This document shows positions 1-8,940 of a stretch of DNA of 64,000 nucleotides, in pieces. Below the pieces are notes generated by a model. That model was not told the DNA's origin. It saw only the letters and a list, made by a program, of their open reading frames with translations, and made no database searches. Location: positions 1,280,001 through 1,344,000 of the forward strand of contig CBDEGZ010000003.1 of the NCBI GenBank assembly GCA_965238175.1, in the 5' to 3' direction. Each line of letters opens with the position of its first letter. Position 1 is the first letter of the stretch. Made by a program: the position numbers and the translations under genes. The stretch comes from Gammaproteobacteria bacterium. GTDB taxonomy: Bacteria > Pseudomonadota > Gammaproteobacteria > CAJXQU01.

Positions 1-123
1 TTCCCAGCCTTCAAGCACAAGCCCAGCTTCAAAACGATCTTCAATATGGTAGTCGTGTCGTGCTTTTTTGTTCCGGACGATAGTGCTGGATGGAGCTTTT
101 GGTTTTTTCTTTGTTTTAGCCAT
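1..123 (-). CDS. smpB: SsrA-binding protein SmpB (5' part; runs off the window start)
   Basis: Hand translation from ATG at 123: [41 protein letters not shown], the SmpB N-terminal signature; usual smpB-ratA-rnfH-bamE neighbourhood. Confidence 0.95.
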   Translation of the reverse strand, partial: MAKTKKKPKAPSSTIVRNKKARHDYHIEDRFEAGLVLEGWE

Positions 124-199
124 AACGAGATATTATATCAAATCCAGATTTTTCAAATTGGAAAATTAATATCAGTCGCGGCATACTTCACAATAAAAA

Positions 200-1630
200 G
201 TGTTTCCTAAAAAAGTAGATAAGAAAAGTGGACAAAAAAGATGGGTAACAATAGTGGGTAAGCGAGAATCAATTCATGGGCAGTGGTCTTCCCGCTGGGC
301 ATTTATTTTAGCAGCCACAGGATCGGCTGTCGGATTAGGAAATATCTGGAAGTTTCCCTACATTGCCGGTGAGAATGGCGGCGGTGCATTTGTTTTAATC
401 TACCTTGTTTGTATCTGCTTGATCGGCGTTCCAATTATGATGGCGGAAATTATGCTCGGTCGTCGTGGTCGACAAAACCCGATCATGTCTATGGAAACCT
501 TGGCAAGAGAAGAGAACACCTCACCGAAATGGAAAGTGCTTGGTCTGATGGGCGTGCTTGCCGGTTTTATTATTCTGTCTTACTACAGCGTCATTGCGGG
601 TTGGGCAATGTCCTATGTTTTCAAATCAGCTGCCGGGCTTTTTGTTGCAAGTGATGCAGAAACAGTGGGGAATATTTTTGCAGGACTAGTTTTATCACCA
701 CAGCAATTAACGATCTGGCATAGCCTTTTTATGCTGTTCACGATGTTTGTGGTTGCACATGGCGTGCGTTCTGGTTTAGAAAAGGCTGTTTTTTGGTTGA
801 TGCCGGGGATGTTTATTATTCTAATATTGTTAGTTGGTTTTGCAATAGCGAAAGGTAATTTCGCGCAAGGTTTTGCTTTTCTTTTCTCACCTGATTTTAG
901 CAAAGTGGAATGGGGAACAGTTTTGACGGCGATGGGGCATGCTTTTTTTACGCTGTCTCTTGGTATGGGCGCGATCATGATTTATGGGTCCTATCTGCCG
1001 GACAGTGTCTCGATCGCAAAAACCAGCTTTATGGTCGCCGCCGCTGATACGTTAGTTGCTTTGCTTGCTGGGTTGGCTATTTTCCCGATTGTCTTTGTCA
1101 ATAATCTTGAACCGGGTGCCGGTCCTGGTCTGGTTTTTCAAACCTTGCCGATCGCTTTTGGCCAAATGCCGGGTGGTGTGATCGTTGCGACTTTATTTTT
1201 TGTTATGTTGGTTTTTGCCGCCTGGTCTTCAGCAATTTCTTTGATCGAACCAGCCGTCACGTGGTTAGTTGAGAAAAAGGAAATGACGCGCAAAAAAGCC
1301 TGTGTGGTTTCAGGGTTGGTTACATGGCTTTTAGGAATAGGAACGGTTTTATCGTTTAACGAATGGTCGTTTTCTTTCACGTTTGCAGGGCAAGAAAAGA
1401 CGACTGGTTTGTTTGATATCCTTGATATTTTAACTGCAAATATTATGTTGCCGTTGGGTGGATTATTAATTGCCATTTTTGCTGGTTGGAAAATGGCGAA
1501 AAGTTCGACTTTGGATGAGCTTGGAATGACGGCTTCTGATCTTGGCTATAAATCGTGGCGTTTTCTAGTCCGTTTCGTTACACCGGTTGTGGTGATCATT
1601 ATCATGATGAAAGCACTGGCTATTTTCTAA
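200..1630 (+). CDS. Sodium-dependent transporter, neurotransmitter:sodium symporter (NSS/SNF) family
   Basis: WSSRWAFILAATGSAVGLGNIWKFPY...NGGGAF motif and many TM segments; real start may be GTG at 254. Confidence 0.93.
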   Translation: MFPKKVDKKSGQKRWVTIVGKRESIHGQWSSRWAFILAATGSAVGLGNIWKFPYIAGENGGGAFVLIYLVCICLIGVPIMMAEIMLGRRGRQNPIMSMETLAREENTSPKWKVLGLMGVLAGFIILSYYSVIAGWAMSYVFKSAAGLFVASDAETVGNIFAGLVLSPQQLTIWHSLFMLFTMFVVAHGVRSGLEKAVFWLMPGMFIILILLVGFAIAKGNFAQGFAFLFSPDFSKVEWGTVLTAMGHAFFTLSLGMGAIMIYGSYLPDSVSIAKTSFMVAAADTLVALLAGLAIFPIVFVNNLEPGAGPGLVFQTLPIAFGQMPGGVIVATLFFVMLVFAAWSSAISLIEPAVTWLVEKKEMTRKKACVVSGLVTWLLGIGTVLSFNEWSFSFTFAGQEKTTGLFDILDILTANIMLPLGGLLIAIFAGWKMAKSSTLDELGMTASDLGYKSWRFLVRFVTPVVVIIIMMKALAIF

Positions 1631-1663
1631 TTAAAAGTCTAAAAAGGAACAGATCGATTAAGT

Positions 1664-2095
1664 ATGAGCAAAATTAATAAGCGCGTTCTGGTACCGTATA
1701 CTGCCGAGCAAATGTATGGATTAGTCAACGATTCCAGCCACTATCCTGAATTCTTGCCCTGGTGCGAAAGTGTACGTGTGATTGAACAAAGTGAGACGGC
1801 AATAAAGGCAGAAGTGAGTGTCAGCAAAGGCAAGATCCGGCAGTCGTTTATTACCCAAAATAATATGGTTCCGGGTGAACGAATCGAAATGAATCTGATT
1901 GAAGGATCTTTCAAAAGCTTGCATGGTGTATGGCAATTTTCGTCACGAGGAGAAGTGGGTTGTGAAGTGACTTTGGAAATGGAATTTGAATTTGCAAAGG
2001 GCTTGCTCGGATTGGGTTTCAACAAAGTTTTTAGTGGCATAGCTGGTTCTTTGATGGATGCATTTTGCCAACGAGCAAGACAACAGTATGGATAA
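1664..2095 (+). CDS. ratA: RatA/PasT (Coq10-like START domain protein)
   Basis: VPYTAEQMYGLVND...YPEFLPWC and AFCQRA motifs; gene context. Confidence 0.92.
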   Translation: MSKINKRVLVPYTAEQMYGLVNDSSHYPEFLPWCESVRVIEQSETAIKAEVSVSKGKIRQSFITQNNMVPGERIEMNLIEGSFKSLHGVWQFSSRGEVGCEVTLEMEFEFAKGLLGLGFNKVFSGIAGSLMDAFCQRARQQYG

Positions 2096-2360
2096 AGTCC
2101 TCGTGGCCTATGGTACGGTTAAAGAACAAGTTGAGCTTGAACTGTGTTGGCTGCGGGGAGAAACGGTTGAGGGTTTGATCATACGATCAAATATTCTCAA
2201 AAGTTTTCCTGAAATTGATCTTAAGAATAATAAGGTAGGAATATTCGGAAACTTATGTGAATTAGATGATGAACCCGAGTTGGGTGATCGCGTTGAAATT
2301 TATAGACCTTTAAGAATCGAACCTAAAGAGTCCCGACGACTCAAGGCTAAGAAAACATAG
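2088..2360 (+). CDS. rnfH: RnfH/RatB (PasI) ubiquitin-like protein
   Basis: VGIFG...GDRVEIYRPL..PKE.RR motif; ATG at 2088 overlaps the ratA stop. Confidence 0.9.
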   Translation: MDKVLVAYGTVKEQVELELCWLRGETVEGLIIRSNILKSFPEIDLKNNKVGIFGNLCELDDEPELGDRVEIYRPLRIEPKESRRLKAKKT

Positions 2361-2609
2361 TTCTGAATTTTGCAAGAGTTCGGAAACCAAGAAATGATCA
2401 TATCGAAATTAATCTGAAACCCATAAGCTGACGCCAAAATTCTGATTACCATTTGAACCTACAGCGGCTTTTTTCATTCGAGACAACAGCAATCGACGTT
2501 AATAATTGAGATGAAAAAGGCCAATCCTGGTTATATCGTTACAAAACGCACTGAATATCACTCAAAGTATGAGCTGGAGGGGTTGTGTTGGGAGAACTTG
2601 CCCACGAAA

Positions 2610-2842
2610 TGCTTTGGGCATAACAGTGTCATGGAAAGATTCTTTAGGAGTTTAAAAACAGAACGACTGAATCTATTAAGTTTTATCAATCATATTGTGG
2701 CCGTTATTGTCGTAGAGAGTTACATCTATTTTTATAACTACAGACGATTACATTCTTCTTTGGGTGATATCACGTTTGCGCAGAGGACAGCAGAAATGAA
2801 AAAAGTGGCTTAAAGTTCGTTCAAAATTACTTGACTATCACA
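2610..2842 (+). mobile_element. IS3-family 3' remnant (integrase-core C-terminus plus right IR)
   Basis: NSVMERFFRSLKTE...YIYFYNYRRLHSSLG, then an IR-like end GTTCAAAATTACTTGACTATCACA. Confidence 0.85.
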
Positions 2843-3093
2843 CTTTGATTTGCCCCGATTTATTGAGTGCTAATCTTTAATCAGATTTTCTTTTTGCAAT
2901 ATTTTTTACCTGGGTACGAATAAAACGGGGAGAATTCAGTTTCAAAAAAGCCTGGTCAGTTTGATTGGATAACCTCTATAATTTATAGATAAACAAGCTG
3001 ATTTTTACACAGGCACTGAATTTAGTTATAAAGGCACATCACCTGTTTTTGTCATGTTACTAATGCTCTCCTTGTATAGGGCTCTTTTCGATT

Positions 3094-3130
3094 AAAAAAT
3101 ACCCGACAGCACAAGAAATACTGTCGGGTA
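3094..3130 (-). terminator. Rho-independent terminator of the PHP-like gene
   Basis: Stem TACCCGACAG/CTGTCGGGTA with A6 at 3094-3099 (U-tract on the minus strand). Confidence 0.75.
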
Positions 3131-3169
3131 AAAAATAAATTATTCATCTTTTATTTTTACTCTTACTCT

Positions 3170-4414
3170 TTAATTCTGTGCATCTACCCACAGAGGCCCT
3201 TTTATAGCCTGTGGCCAGGCCCGTTTGCGTGTATCTATTGGATCCAGAGCCTGGAAACGGATCCAATAGAAATCTTCCCAACCTGTATCAAGTGAAAAAG
3301 TAGTTTCGCCCTTGCTCTTGGGCATAACACCATTAACACGAACCTTATCCGTTGCAGAATCTTCCGGCTTGATCCCTTTACGTGCAATCGCCTCCATAGA
3401 ATATTGCCAAATGACCTCACTGTCTCCTGAATTGAGTGTTACCGTCCTGTTCGCTGCGTTATATACGACAGCACGTTTTGACTCATGAAGACTTAGCCCG
3501 CTACTTGCGTAAAAATCACCTGCTCGTAACGCGAGAAGAATCCCCGACCCATTAATTTCATCGTTTTCACTCGATGCCGGCCCCTCAAACTCCTCCACCC
3601 ACACATGAACAGAACCTATTGGATTATTCTTGAGCTCATCGAAGCTGTAGTCAGGACTCCAAAAAGAATCATTACCGGCAATGGCATGAAGATAGGTGCC
3701 ACGACTCAATAACTCATCAATAAGCCACTCACCATATTCAAACTGATAAGGCGTAGGTTTTCCTTTAATCGCTGCTAACTGACTGAAGCTATTAAAAATT
3801 TCCACACCCATCACGTCGAAATTAGTATAGAGTGGCTCCTTCGATTGGATGCTCCAAAGCATATTTTCCCACGTGTTATTGTCCTTATAAACAGGGACAC
3901 TTTCATTCTCACGTTCGAAAATATTGTAATACAGGGGGTGTACGATATAGGAATAAGTCGAAAACGTATCACTATGTGACTTTATCTGATTAACATGGAT
4001 AAACTGGCCACGTCTGTTTTCTGTAGAAAAGTAGCCCTTCCAATCGGCTTCTGGATCAATATCAAGATCCGGATCTGCCAGTTGCTGGGGGGTCCAGTCC
4101 CATAAATTATTTTGTAGTTCACGTGCCACCATTCCTACCATAGGAGATTTATGTGTATCAGCTTCCCAAAGACCAAAATTACCATCTTTTAATTTTCCGC
4201 TGCTGTCTGCATGTTGCGGTTTATATACATGTGGTCCACATGCAATAAAATCATATTTAGTAGGATAATCAGGATCATCTGCCAGTGTATGCGCAGCTTT
4301 AAAAACATCTGACATTGAATCTGCACCATATATATCTTTATAGGTTCCAGTTTCATACACTATTGAATGGCAGTGAATTGCGCCTACAACGGTTTTGGTT
4401 TTAAGAGCTACCAT
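3170..4414 (-). CDS. PHP-fold (CehA/McbA-like) metallo-phosphoesterase-like protein with atypical motifs
   Basis: GAIHCHS, YDFIACGPH, IVHP, GVEIFNS, AIAGNDSF and L.AL..GDFYASSG follow the PHP motif order; SD-like GAGGGG upstream. Confidence 0.65.
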   Translation of the reverse strand: MVALKTKTVVGAIHCHSIVYETGTYKDIYGADSMSDVFKAAHTLADDPDYPTKYDFIACGPHVYKPQHADSSGKLKDGNFGLWEADTHKSPMVGMVARELQNNLWDWTPQQLADPDLDIDPEADWKGYFSTENRRGQFIHVNQIKSHSDTFSTYSYIVHPLYYNIFERENESVPVYKDNNTWENMLWSIQSKEPLYTNFDVMGVEIFNSFSQLAAIKGKPTPYQFEYGEWLIDELLSRGTYLHAIAGNDSFWSPDYSFDELKNNPIGSVHVWVEEFEGPASSENDEINGSGILLALRAGDFYASSGLSLHESKRAVVYNAANRTVTLNSGDSEVIWQYSMEAIARKGIKPEDSATDKVRVNGVMPKSKGETTFSLDTGWEDFYWIRFQALDPIDTRKRAWPQAIKGPLWVDAQN

Positions 4415-4514
4415 AATAAATTCCCCTCACTTAATGTAATGTTGTTGTCATTATCGAGATTGACAATGTCATGATAAAGATTATGTGATTTTAATACTGT
4501 GGGACACGGCAAAC

Positions 4515-4551
4515 CTGTAGGCAAAAGTGTACTTAAAACTGTTGGCAAAAG
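4515..4551. promoter_or_regulatory. Imperfect 13-bp direct repeat, candidate operator upstream of the PHP gene
   Basis: CTGTAGGCAAAAG (4515-4527) and CTGTTGGCAAAAG (4539-4551), 24-bp period. Confidence 0.35.
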
Positions 4552-4589
4552 AGAGGTGGTGGTGCGAAAATCATATATGGTCTCCTCCC

Positions 4590-4819
4590 GTATTGCAAGA
4601 TAAAACATTCAGATAACAGGGACAGGATTGCTGTCATATATACGGCCTTCAATGAAGTTTTCAACTTCTGACCTGGATGTATTACGCGCCTATTTTCCTT
4701 ATCAGGTTATCGGTATTAGTTACCCCTGAGCTCGACAGGTTTTCAATAGGCTGGTTTGACCTGTTATGCCATCTTTAGTTTTACCTTCGCAATTCGTTGA
4801 AATGATTTGTTCTCTCTAT
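4590..4819 (-). ncRNA. Predicted bridge RNA/seekRNA of the IS1111 element
   Basis: Non-coding end contains exact copies of the target flank (ATCAGGTTA 4701-4709 = 5915-5923) and the donor end (TCATATAT 4634-4641 = 4571-4578) in hand-folded internal loops; RNA ends are approximate. Confidence 0.75.
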
Positions 4820-5833
4820 TTAGGCCGGTGAGTAGTCATCACCAGAAACCGTTATAGCCCAGGCCATTCTTGCCATTTTGTTGGCATACGCCACACACGC
4901 TCGATTATGCCCCCGCGTCTCAACTAAACGATTAATCCATTGACTCAGTTTATCGCCTTTCGTTTTGGCTCTTGATACCACGGCCTTCGCGCCTAGAATT
5001 AACAAACAACGAAGGTATTTATTGCCGCGTTTACTGATCCCCAGTAGCACCTCTTTACCACCACTACTGTACTGTCGTGGAACAAGTCCTAATGAGGCGG
5101 ACACATCGCGCCCTTTGTGATAATGAGCGCCGTTTCCCACTTCATTAAAATACGCGCTCGAGACCATCGGCCCAAACCCTGGAATAGTTTGTAAGCGTTG
5201 GCAAATCGCATTGTTTTTTGCCGATTGAATGATCAATTGGTCAAATGTCGCAATACAGGCATCAAGTGATTGCCATTGTTCCTTTAGCTGGCGCAGTATC
5301 CTTTTGAAAGTAACGGACAACCGTTCGTTCTCATCACTTAATAGCAACGGGATAGATTGACGTAGGGTATTTAGGCCGGGACGAAGGCTAATGCCATATT
5401 CTGCAACAAGCGCTCTCATTTGGTTACATAATGCGGTTCTTTGTCTGACCGCTAAGTCTCTTGCTTTATGTTGTGCCTGGTTGTCTTGTTGCTCAACTGA
5501 TTTAATGCCCACACTTTTTAAATGAGGTTGTTTCGCAGCAACGGCGATGGCCAAGGCATCGTTATAATCATTCTTATTGCCGATTAGAAATGCGTTAACA
5601 TGCTGAGGTGGTAGTAATTTCACCTGATGTCCCTGTTGTTGTATCGCTCGGGCCCAATACTGTGACGTTGCACAAGATTCTATTGCGACTAAACAAGGAG
5701 GTTGAGATTGAAAAAAGGAGAGTACCTGCGCTCGCTTTAACATTTTCTTTTTGATTATACGCCCTTGTTGATTACAGCAGACAGCATGAAATACGTTTTT
5801 TGCTATGTCTAACCCGATTGTTGTAGTCTTCAT
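4820..5833 (-). CDS. IS110-family DEDD recombinase/transposase, apparently intact
   Basis: GLDIAK, IESC and KNDYNDA (DEDD residues) and LGLVPRQYSSGG (catalytic Ser); start ATG 5833 behind AGAGGAG. Confidence 0.95.
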   Translation of the reverse strand: MKTTTIGLDIAKNVFHAVCCNQQGRIIKKKMLKRAQVLSFFQSQPPCLVAIESCATSQYWARAIQQQGHQVKLLPPQHVNAFLIGNKNDYNDALAIAVAAKQPHLKSVGIKSVEQQDNQAQHKARDLAVRQRTALCNQMRALVAEYGISLRPGLNTLRQSIPLLLSDENERLSVTFKRILRQLKEQWQSLDACIATFDQLIIQSAKNNAICQRLQTIPGFGPMVSSAYFNEVGNGAHYHKGRDVSASLGLVPRQYSSGGKEVLLGISKRGNKYLRCLLILGAKAVVSRAKTKGDKLSQWINRLVETRGHNRACVAYANKMARMAWAITVSGDDYSPA

Positions 5834-6019
5834 TTTGGTCTTCTCCTCTTTTGATTGTGTGTATGTCAGTTCAATCATGGCACCTAGATGCCGTTAGGGG
5901 GAGGAGACCATCACATCAGGTTAGCTCATCAGGGGCTGTTGATCGTTCATTTTTGTCACTAATTCTATCGAACCTGCCTTGGCAGAATACATAGTGTTGT
6001 GCGAAGTAATTGATACAAT

Positions 6020-6982
6020 TTAATGATGTAAAATCCAGGGAACGATTTCAGCAAGATCGTCATTCTCAACGACAACATCGGATAAATCTTTATGTGTAAC
6101 ATAATTCGGTTGGCAGGCAATGGTGAGTCCTGCTGAATTAACGACTGATTTGCCAGCAAAAGCTGCGCCTACGAATGCACAGTTGCTAGAGGAGATCCCT
6201 TGATCCCTGCAAATATATTCAATACCCCGTGACTTCTCATCAAGATCGTAGGGTGTTGGCGTAATAGACTGAAGAGATCCCCTGTTATCATATTTAAATC
6301 TATTGATGAATATATAATCGAATAGCCAGTAACAGTCCGGGATCATTATTTCCAGCAACGTATCTATACCTCCGGAAATAATAGCAGTTCGTACTCCTGA
6401 TAATTTTAACTGGTCCAGTGTTTTATAGAGATTATTTGTTACGTGGGTAGTCTGGGAAATAAGGTGAAAGTCTTTTTTTGATAATCCATAATCGATAAAG
6501 TATTTTCCGCAATATACACACCATTCCTCATAGTTAATCTTGCCGGTATAAAAAAGTTTAAGCCCCCTTTTCCTGAGTTCTCCGTTGTCACCAATAAATT
6601 CCCAAACCAATCGCCAGGAGAAATCAAACCCTTTTAACAATGTTCCATCTAAATCAAAAATAACCAACTTTATTTTATCTGTTGTTTGTTCAAATTTTAT
6701 TGCTTCTTTCTTAATTGGGCCGTCAGTTTTTTTATACAGAGACAGGAAAATTTCACCGATACTTTCAGATGGACTCAGTATGATGTCATTCCAACTTTCA
6801 AGCCCGAATCCCTTTGCAATTAATTCTAAACTTCGTTTTTGAGGTCTGAGCGTTTTGCCTGATTCCCAGAGATGATATTGTTTTCTATCAACGCCGCCAC
6901 AAGCAGTACCTGCTTCTTCCTGAGACCACCCATTTTTACAACGCAGCCAATATAACTTTTCTTTATATAATCTCCATTTCAT
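6020..6982 (-). CDS. XRE-family HTH fused to a HAD (phosphoserine-phosphatase-like) domain with degenerate motif IV
   Basis: N-terminal LR.KNGWSQEEA...WESG HTH; HAD motifs FDLDGTL, ISGG and Lys, but FVGAAFAG in place of GDGxND. Confidence 0.8.
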   Translation of the reverse strand: MKWRLYKEKLYWLRCKNGWSQEEAGTACGGVDRKQYHLWESGKTLRPQKRSLELIAKGFGLESWNDIILSPSESIGEIFLSLYKKTDGPIKKEAIKFEQTTDKIKLVIFDLDGTLLKGFDFSWRLVWEFIGDNGELRKRGLKLFYTGKINYEEWCVYCGKYFIDYGLSKKDFHLISQTTHVTNNLYKTLDQLKLSGVRTAIISGGIDTLLEIMIPDCYWLFDYIFINRFKYDNRGSLQSITPTPYDLDEKSRGIEYICRDQGISSSNCAFVGAAFAGKSVVNSAGLTIACQPNYVTHKDLSDVVVENDDLAEIVPWILHH

Positions 6983-7113
6983 TTTTCAGTGTCCTGTTTT
7001 CCAATAGATGGATCAAGTAGATCAATATAGCTGGAGTGACTGAGTTATTATGGTTGTTTTGGAAAGAATCTTCCTTAAGATGGTTAACTCACCAAAATTC
7101 AATCACCCTGATC

Positions 7114-7512
7114 CTATTGATTTTTGATCCTGCTAATTTTATTCATTTTCACCATACCGGATAAAAACTCTTGGTACAGTAATTTATAGAAGCCCCATGT
7201 TGTTAAGATTAATATCACCAAATAAGGTAATCTGGCGATAATCAATGCGGTTTGTAATGTTTTGAGTCCGGCTGCGAGTAGTAAAACTCCGACAACAGCA
7301 CCTGCAGCAATCCCTAAAAATGTACGATAGCGTGCGAAAGGATGTTCGCTACTCATCGATAACAATGTACAAATAACCAGGGTTGCTGAATCAGTCGGGG
7401 TTATAAAGTAAGTCACCAGAAGAATGGTATAAACTGATGTGGCAATTATCGTCAGAATCGTGTCCACTTCCATCAATTCAATGGTGGTGAATAGTGCTGT
7501 TTCAATACCCAT
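7114..7512 (-). pseudogene. C-terminal fragment of a BCCT (BetT-like) transporter
   Basis: YFITPTDSATLV...GLKTLQTA.I...P matches the last TMs of BCCT; the N-terminal three quarters or so is absent. Confidence 0.75.
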
Positions 7513-7653
7513 TAGTGTGCCGCTTTAAGGCTTAAAGCGGTCAGTGTAACCCGTCATTATGACAAACAGATTACAACCACTTGATTGGATACGATCTTTC
7601 AAGGCAGCTGGATATAAAATTATTCATACGCCACCTCAACAGGAGAGGTACAA

Positions 7654-7843
7654 ATGAAACAAATAGTCGTATTTATTGCACTTAGTTTTTTTATTTTTTC
7701 TCTTCTGAGTGATGTCGAAACAAAATTAATTCAAGACCTATTCAAAGATCGGCTAAAAGCATTTTCTGACAAGGTCGTGACGGAAGGTTTGATTTTGACC
7801 AAGTCTTAAGTAGTTGCCATGGAACGTAAGCAACAGGATGAGA
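7654..7843 (+). pseudogene. Short signal-peptide ORF (7654-7809) fused to an internal IS481 transposase fragment
   Basis: MKQIVVFIALSFFIFSLLS... continues into FKDRLKAFSDKVVTEGLILTKS*VVAMERK, matching FKDRLKALSDKVAGEGLILTESQVAAMERK of the IS481 copies in this window. Confidence 0.75.
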
Positions 7844-7847
7844 TGAT

Positions 7848-8141
7848 GGGACGAAAGAACATAAAAAAATTGGATGGTATTGGGTGTTGCTTATGATGTT
7901 CCTCGCATTAACATCTTTATATGACTTGATTGGTAATGGTTGGCTTAGCTTACCAGCACATATATTTACATTAACAACATTTATTCTTTTGCCTTTGGCG
8001 ATTTGGTCTGCGAGAAATGGAAAAATTCAGTTCCATAAGTATTGTATGTGCATATTATTTGGTGTTTTAATAGTAGCACTTATCGCCTTCCTTCTCGTTC
8101 CCGGTAGATTATTGAATGTCTGGTTTCTTGGCGGCGCTTAA
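7848..8141 (+). pseudogene. DUF2306-like membrane protein cassette, 5'-truncated
   Basis: GTKEHKKIGWYWVLLM...HKYCM...LVPGRLL; N-terminus replaced by IS481 debris; followed by an attC. Confidence 0.6.
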
Positions 8142-8147
8142 CCTAAC

Positions 8148-8207
8148 AGCTAACAAGGTGCTCAATCAAGGACGCGCTAACGCGCGCCGCTTAACTTGGC
8201 GTTAGCT
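8148..8207 (+). other. Integron attC site 1
   Basis: R'' AGCTAAC ... R' GTTAGCT (perfectly complementary), 60 bp, internal GC-rich hairpin, right after a stop codon. Confidence 0.85.
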
Positions 8208-8229
8208 CTATAAGAGGAATAGTAACCAA

Positions 8230-8847
8230 ATGAATGATTTATATACGCAAGTGATCACCGTTTTTTTAGGCTTTTTTGCGATCATGAATCCTATTGCCAA
8301 TACCGCAGCCTTTGCTGGTCTGGCAGGAGACAAAAACAAAGCAGAACAAATTAAAATTGCAGCTAAAGCACTGATTATTACATTTTTTGTGATTCTATCT
8401 TTTGCGCTACTTGGAAAAGCGATCTTTCACTTATTTGGTATTACTATTTCTGCATTGAGGATAACAGGAGGTATTTTAGTATTTCTTGTCGGCTATCACA
8501 TGCTCAATGGACATGCTTCCAAGTTACATTCAGCTGAAAATAAAGAAGGATCTGATATAGCGGTATCGCCTTTAGCTGTTCCGCTTCTTGCTGGCCCTGG
8601 AACCATTGCAACTGCAATGAATTATTCTTCGTCAGGAGAAATAACAGGGATACTAATAACTGTATTTGTATTTGCAGTTTTATGTCTTATAACGTTCGTC
8701 TGCTTTATTTTCAGCTCAAATATTCTGGCGGTAATAGGTAAAAGTGGCCTTAGCATTGTTACTCGACTGATGGGGCTAATTCTTGCTGTTATAGGGACGC
8801 AAATGGTGATTATTGGGGTAACTGCTGTTGTCAGTACAATGAGCTAA
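8230..8847 (+). CDS. MarC-family membrane protein (gene cassette)
   Basis: FFAIMNPI, RITGGIL, AVSPLAVPLLAGPGTIA and RLMGLILA motifs; stop codon lies within the R'' of attC2. Confidence 0.92.
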   Translation: MNDLYTQVITVFLGFFAIMNPIANTAAFAGLAGDKNKAEQIKIAAKALIITFFVILSFALLGKAIFHLFGITISALRITGGILVFLVGYHMLNGHASKLHSAENKEGSDIAVSPLAVPLLAGPGTIATAMNYSSSGEITGILITVFVFAVLCLITFVCFIFSSNILAVIGKSGLSIVTRLMGLILAVIGTQMVIIGVTAVVSTMS

Positions 8848-8922
8848 CAAGGCAATGAAAAATTACCCATAAAAAACGTGGGCTGGACTCGCTAACGCTC
8901 GCTTTTTATTGCAGCGTTGGTT
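8842..8922 (+). other. Integron attC site 2
   Basis: AGCTAAC-AAG-GCAATGAAAAA ... TTTTTATTGC-AGC-GTTGGTT; L boxes pair with one extra base. Confidence 0.8.
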
Positions 8923-8940
8923 TCATTTGGAATTCATAGC

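Larger units (their letters stand above)
4574..5918 (-). mobile_element. Complete IS110-family element, IS1111 group
   Basis: Perfect 13-bp subterminal IRs ATGGTCTCCTCCC (4577-4589) and GGGAGGAGACCAT (5899-5911); ATCA core at both junctions (4570-4573, 5915-5918); long non-coding end downstream of the transposase. Confidence 0.92.

Noticed and set aside
1664-2360. ratA-ratB as a toxin-antitoxin or defence system
   Set aside because: Conserved core pair; RatA/PasT is a Coq10 homologue acting in ubiquinone-dependent respiration
4505-4551. GGCAAAC...GCAAA resembling a c-di-GMP-I riboswitch
   Set aside because: Wrong strand for the downstream gene and no GNRA-capped P2 stem
5920-5926. AGCTAAC beside the IS1111, suggesting it targets the attC sites
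   Set aside because: The reconstructed empty site has no L/R' palindrome, and the guide reads TAACCTGAT whereas the attC sites read TAACAAG
5915-5935. CTGATGAG on the minus strand at the IS1111 flank, suggesting a hammerhead ribozyme
   Set aside because: No stem II followed by GAAA on the same strand, even after removing the IS
7520-7540. Palindrome CCGCTTTAAG-G-CTTAAAGCGG at the BCCT truncation point
   Set aside because: Single copy in the window and no U-tract; cannot be assigned a function
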